Positions 60,360-64,000 of a DNA stretch of 64,000 bases are shown here, piece by piece. Position 1 is the stretch's first letter. Each line of letters begins with the position of its first letter. The notes beneath the pieces were generated by a model. It saw nothing but the letters and a program-made list of their open reading frames with translations, was not told the DNA's origin and searched no databases. Source of the stretch: a candidate division FCPU426 bacterium (GTDB taxonomy: Bacteria; Oederibacteriota; Muellerivitia; Muellerivitales; Muellerivitaceae). The stretch is from contig CAVTWJ010000011.1 of assembly GCA_963738405.1 (NCBI GenBank), positions 1-64,000 on the forward strand. The letters are read 5' to 3'. Position numbers and translations under genes: made by a program.

Positions 60360-61133
60360 ATGCTCCCGCAGATGTTATTGATTCTTGTTTGGGTGATTGG
60401 CTTTGGAATTTTTGGACCGGCAAATGGAGGGGTTTCGGAACCCGCAGTAACGGAAGTTCAGATTCAAAACCACCGTTGCTTATTGGTAACTCCCTCAAAC
60501 CTTTCGGCGGAAGCTCCGGTGGTCTTTATTCTGCATGGCCTGGGCGCCAATGCCGAAGATCTGTTCCCCCTGATTGAAGCGATGAACCTGCCCCCCTGCC
60601 GCTATATTTTGCCGGACGCGCCTATTCCGATATCCGACCATGCTTTCGCCTGGTACAACCAACAAACCAACAGCCGCGAAGATGTGGTTAAGAGCCGGGA
60701 TTATTTGTTCGGGCTCATGAACCGGTTTTCAACCGAGGGTGAAAAACAAGGCCATGCCCGTCCGGTCATCCTGCTGGGTTTTTCCCAAGGGGGCGTCATG
60801 GCCCTGGAGGCAGGTTTGAATGACAAAGGCAAGGTGGCGGCGATTGTTTCAATGAGCGGTTATATCTGGAACCCCGGCAAAACCTTGGCCCATCCCCTGG
60901 CGCCCCTAAACACACCCATTCTCATGGTGCATGGAACGGAAGACGTAATTGTGCAGGAGGACTTGACCCAAAAGACTGTCACGGCACTTAAACAGGCAGG
61001 ATACAAACCGATTTTTAAGGAATTTGAAATGGGCCATCAAATTTCCAAAGACTCCCTCGCCGAAGTCACCCAATATCTTCAAAAAATATTGATCCCTTTA
61101 TCCTCTAATCCGGCTCCTTCTTCTATTATGTGA
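60360..61133 (+). CDS. Phospholipase/carboxylesterase (alpha/beta hydrolase)
   Basis: LHGLG, GFSQGG, HGTED, MGH triad motifs. Confidence 0.9.
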   Translation: MLPQMLLILVWVIGFGIFGPANGGVSEPAVTEVQIQNHRCLLVTPSNLSAEAPVVFILHGLGANAEDLFPLIEAMNLPPCRYILPDAPIPISDHAFAWYNQQTNSREDVVKSRDYLFGLMNRFSTEGEKQGHARPVILLGFSQGGVMALEAGLNDKGKVAAIVSMSGYIWNPGKTLAHPLAPLNTPILMVHGTEDVIVQEDLTQKTVTALKQAGYKPIFKEFEMGHQISKDSLAEVTQYLQKILIPLSSNPAPSSIM

Positions 61134-61210
61134 GTATGCAGCCTGACAAGCGTTTATAATTTTAGATAAGGTTTATCCCCCAATCCTTCGGCATTCAAGA
61201 AAGCCTTCCC

Positions 61211-61606
61211 ATGGCGCTCACTTTTCAAATTGAAACTCAAACGGACTATCTGCTGATGATTTATCACGGTGCCTACGATTCTTCGTTGGCTGATGAGTTC
61301 ACGGATCAAATATTGAACGCCTGTAAAACCCATAAGCCCGCCAGGCTTTTAATCGACCTGCGCAAGGTGAAGGGGAACATGACCACCATGGACAGGTTCA
61401 ACCTTTCCGTCATCGCGGCCGCAAAATATTTAGGAGCCAAGCTGACCGGAAAAATTCCAAGCTGCCGGTACGCCATCGTGGGGAACCATCCCTTGGTGGA
61501 CCCCGGAAAATTCGAGGAAACGGTCGCCATTAACCGGGGAATCAACGTAAGAACCTTCACTTCAATGGACCATGCAGTTTCCTGGCTGGAAATTGGACTT
61601 CCATAA
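61211..61606 (+). CDS. Hypothetical STAS/SpoIIAA-like small protein
   Basis: RLLIDLR, FEETVAINRG, FTSMDHAVSWL pattern. Confidence 0.6.
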   Translation: MALTFQIETQTDYLLMIYHGAYDSSLADEFTDQILNACKTHKPARLLIDLRKVKGNMTTMDRFNLSVIAAAKYLGAKLTGKIPSCRYAIVGNHPLVDPGKFEETVAINRGINVRTFTSMDHAVSWLEIGLP

Positions 61607-61607
61607 G

Positions 61608-63497
61608 GTGCCCCAACCCTTTCGATTTTCCTGGTGGTTTCTGCCACTGCTCGCGGGCTTTCTCCTTCTCTTCCTCTTTTCCGCCAAAGCCATCGTCAAT
61701 TCGGACCTAGGCTTCCACTTAAAGAGCGGCCAGTGGATGGTTCAAAACCATGCCGTTCCCAGGGTGGATAGTTACACCTACACCTCGGCAGGGAACCCCT
61801 ATGTGGATTCCCATTGGTTTTATCAATTGGTACTTTATGGAGTTTATAAAGTTGGAAGTTATCCGGCTCTAACCCTCATGAATATGGCGGTTCTGGGCGC
61901 GGTTTTTATGCTCATTCTTGTTCGCTTTCGTCTGGCCCAGGCGCCTCTTTGGGCCTATTCACCCCTCATGGTCACGGCGGTATTTTGTATCGAACGCAGG
62001 ATTCTCATCCGCCCTGAAATCTTTTCCTGGTTTCTCCTTTGCGCCACGCTGGTCGTTTTGGACCTCTGGTATATGGAAAAGAAGAACCTCTTATGGGTAT
62101 TGGTCGTTCTTCAGTTTTTTTGGGTGAACATTGAGGGACTGTTCGTTTTGGGCTGGATTGTCACGGCCTCCTATTGGGCCGGAAGCTGTCTCAAACGCAA
62201 AAGATTAGACAAAAAACTACTGCAATATGGGTTGATGGCCCTAGCCGCGGATTTGGCAAATCCTAATTTCATCACTGGCATGGCCTATCCCTTTTCCTTT
62301 ATCTCGAAACTTCAAGGCGATATTTACCATGAAACCATCACGGAACTTTTTTCCGTCTCTAAGTTTTTGTCCAAGCAGAACCTGCATTTCGACTCTAATT
62401 TGAACCTTTTTGTCTTTTTTGCCTTTGCGGGGGTTACCTTTGCGCTGGTGTTGTTAACCTTCCGGAATCGAAAAGCACATGAAATGCTGATTTTGGGGAT
62501 ATTCTTTTATTTGGCCATGACCGCGGTGAGAAACATTCCTCTTTTTGTGCTGACGGCCCTTCCGATTTGCGCTGTTTCCTTGCGCGATTTGAAACCCCGT
62601 TGGGATGGCTGGGTGGGGAAGGCCATTCCCTTGGTTTGGACAAAGCGAAACCTTCCCATTCTTTTGACCCTCTTGTGTTTGCTTTTTGGCCTTCGGATTG
62701 TCACCAATGCCTATTACCTTTCCGACCGCAGGTCGGAAAGGTTTGGGTTAGGGTTGGATAAAGACCAAATGCCGGTGGGCGCGGCTGAATTTCTGACCCA
62801 AAACCATCTCGACGGCAAGATCATCAACATGACCAACTTCGGGGGGTGGTTCGATTGGGCGGCGCCCCAGCCCACCTTTATTGACGGCCGGTGGGAAATC
62901 CAAAACGGCGATATTTATAAACAATATTTGGATATGGCCTTCAACAATGGTCTTGCCCGTGGGGTCATTGTCTATAACCCACAATTGATCGTGTTTGAAC
63001 CCCGCTATCCCCCCTCTTGGGTCAAGCAATTGATCCAGATGCCCGACTGGCGGCCCATTTACCTGGATGGATGCGCGGCTATTTACGCGAAAAAGGATTA
63101 CGACCCTCAAATACCGGCGTTGGAAGATAAGAATATTTTAAATGGGTTCGGCCTCAAGACGGCTAGCGACGCGGAAACGGAAAATGCCCTCAACCTTATC
63201 CATCCCTCGTCCTTGGGCTCTTGGCTTGATGGTTTTATCAACCCGCAAAGCTATCCCTTGGGACTTCTGAATGGAGGCGTTTTCGCCAGTGATAATAACG
63301 ACCCCGTCCTCTCGAGCGCTTTCTACCTGGAAATGCTTCGGGAGACGGGGGGCCTCTATGAGGAAATTTGGTTTGATCTGGCCAACGAGAGCCTGAAATT
63401 GAGGAATTTAGAAACCGCGAAACTTTGTTATCGCAAGGTCCTGGAGGTTGATCCCTCCAACGGCATCGCAAGGCAAATGGCTCTCAAGAATTTTTAA
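61608..63497 (+). CDS. Polytopic membrane protein, GT-C glycosyltransferase-like, with C-terminal TPR
   Basis: DLGFHLKSGQW..D.YTYT..HW.YQ loop, RPEIFS, WVNIEG, FIDGR; many TM; terminal TPR; start uncertain (61572 or 61608). Confidence 0.7.
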   Translation: MPQPFRFSWWFLPLLAGFLLLFLFSAKAIVNSDLGFHLKSGQWMVQNHAVPRVDSYTYTSAGNPYVDSHWFYQLVLYGVYKVGSYPALTLMNMAVLGAVFMLILVRFRLAQAPLWAYSPLMVTAVFCIERRILIRPEIFSWFLLCATLVVLDLWYMEKKNLLWVLVVLQFFWVNIEGLFVLGWIVTASYWAGSCLKRKRLDKKLLQYGLMALAADLANPNFITGMAYPFSFISKLQGDIYHETITELFSVSKFLSKQNLHFDSNLNLFVFFAFAGVTFALVLLTFRNRKAHEMLILGIFFYLAMTAVRNIPLFVLTALPICAVSLRDLKPRWDGWVGKAIPLVWTKRNLPILLTLLCLLFGLRIVTNAYYLSDRRSERFGLGLDKDQMPVGAAEFLTQNHLDGKIINMTNFGGWFDWAAPQPTFIDGRWEIQNGDIYKQYLDMAFNNGLARGVIVYNPQLIVFEPRYPPSWVKQLIQMPDWRPIYLDGCAAIYAKKDYDPQIPALEDKNILNGFGLKTASDAETENALNLIHPSSLGSWLDGFINPQSYPLGLLNGGVFASDNNDPVLSSAFYLEMLRETGGLYEEIWFDLANESLKLRNLETAKLCYRKVLEVDPSNGIARQMALKNF

Positions 63498-63853
63498 AGC
63501 CGCCGGTTTGAAATCCCCGGCTTTAGCCAAGGACGTGCGAACTACGCGCGTGGCAGCCGTGCCAACCGGTCCCCTTAAGGGGATCCGTCGTGGTGGTGAA
63601 AGAATAGGTTTTGTTTGAATCTCTAAGGATCGGTCAAGCCTTGCAACCTTCGAAGAAAAACGATTGGAAAAACCCCAAAACAGGCGATTATCTACCGAAC
63701 CCAAGATCTCAAGCCCTGTGAATACCCCTCTTTCCCACCCGGTTCCATGTACCGGAGTTTATTTACCAACCTAAGGGACAAAAAAATGCTCAGGTATCAC
63801 GGTACAATGGAATAAACCTGTTGGGTTAAAGCATTAAGGTGTTAGGAGATCTT

Positions 63854-64000
63854 TTGGAAGCAAGGGAATTAGTCCAAAAAGTCCTCCAGGGCGACGCGAA
63901 GGCGGCCCAGGAATTCGTGGATCGGTACCGAGGCTATATGTATAAGACCTGTTCCAACATCCTGGGCTATCGCGACCCCGATGCCGAAGACATGGTGCAA
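63854..64000 (+). CDS. ECF-type sigma-70 factor, 3'-truncated by window edge
   Basis: TTG after AGGAG; translates MEARELVQKVLQGDAKAAQEFVDRYRGYMYKTCSNILGYRDPDAEDMVQ (region 2 DAEDxVQ). Confidence 0.75.
   Translation, partial: MEARELVQKVLQGDAKAAQEFVDRYRGYMYKTCSNILGYRDPDAEDMVQ

Noticed and set aside
63408..63704. 98-aa minus-strand ORF
   Set aside because: Overlaps the GT-C-like gene end, has no recognisable motif and runs through palindromic non-coding sequence
53730..64000. Integrated island or prophage at tRNA-Gln
   Set aside because: No integrase or phage genes, and no duplicate of the tRNA 3' end noticed in the window; a partner att site could lie outside it

Overview
Chromosomal window from a diderm bacterium (genetic code 11); the lineage cannot be fixed from sequence alone, though the Thr-Pro-Thr-rich secreted proteins with FlgD-Ig/T9SS-like C-terminal domains resemble those of FCB-related or candidate phyla (inference). 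The housekeeping backbone is pyrF-pyrE, rqcH, a beta-oxidation operon, CIRCE-groESL, a MoxR/Bat vWA cluster, yicC-gmk-rpoZ-coaBC, udg, gltX and tRNA-Gln(CUG). Set into it is an envelope and secretion module. Three intact secreted proteins and one decayed remnant carry a T9SS-type C-terminal domain (CTD), and two of them are translationally coupled to their own PorV-like barrel. The best candidate for an undescribed system is the apparent operon at 37.4-50.8 kb: a 2435-aa Thr-stalk surface protein with near-exact 1044-bp repeats, a PorV-like barrel fused to TPRs, a single membrane protein fusing an RsbW-like kinase, sensor, HAMP, PP2C phosphatase and transposase-type HTHs, then a STAS anti-anti-sigma factor and a TPR protein, with a convergent PilZ gene. 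It reads as a possible trans-envelope partner-switching system tied to T9SS-like export. Several small palindromic intergenic elements are present. I found no CRISPR array, rRNA, integrase or intact transposase. All family assignments come from motif reading, not database searches.
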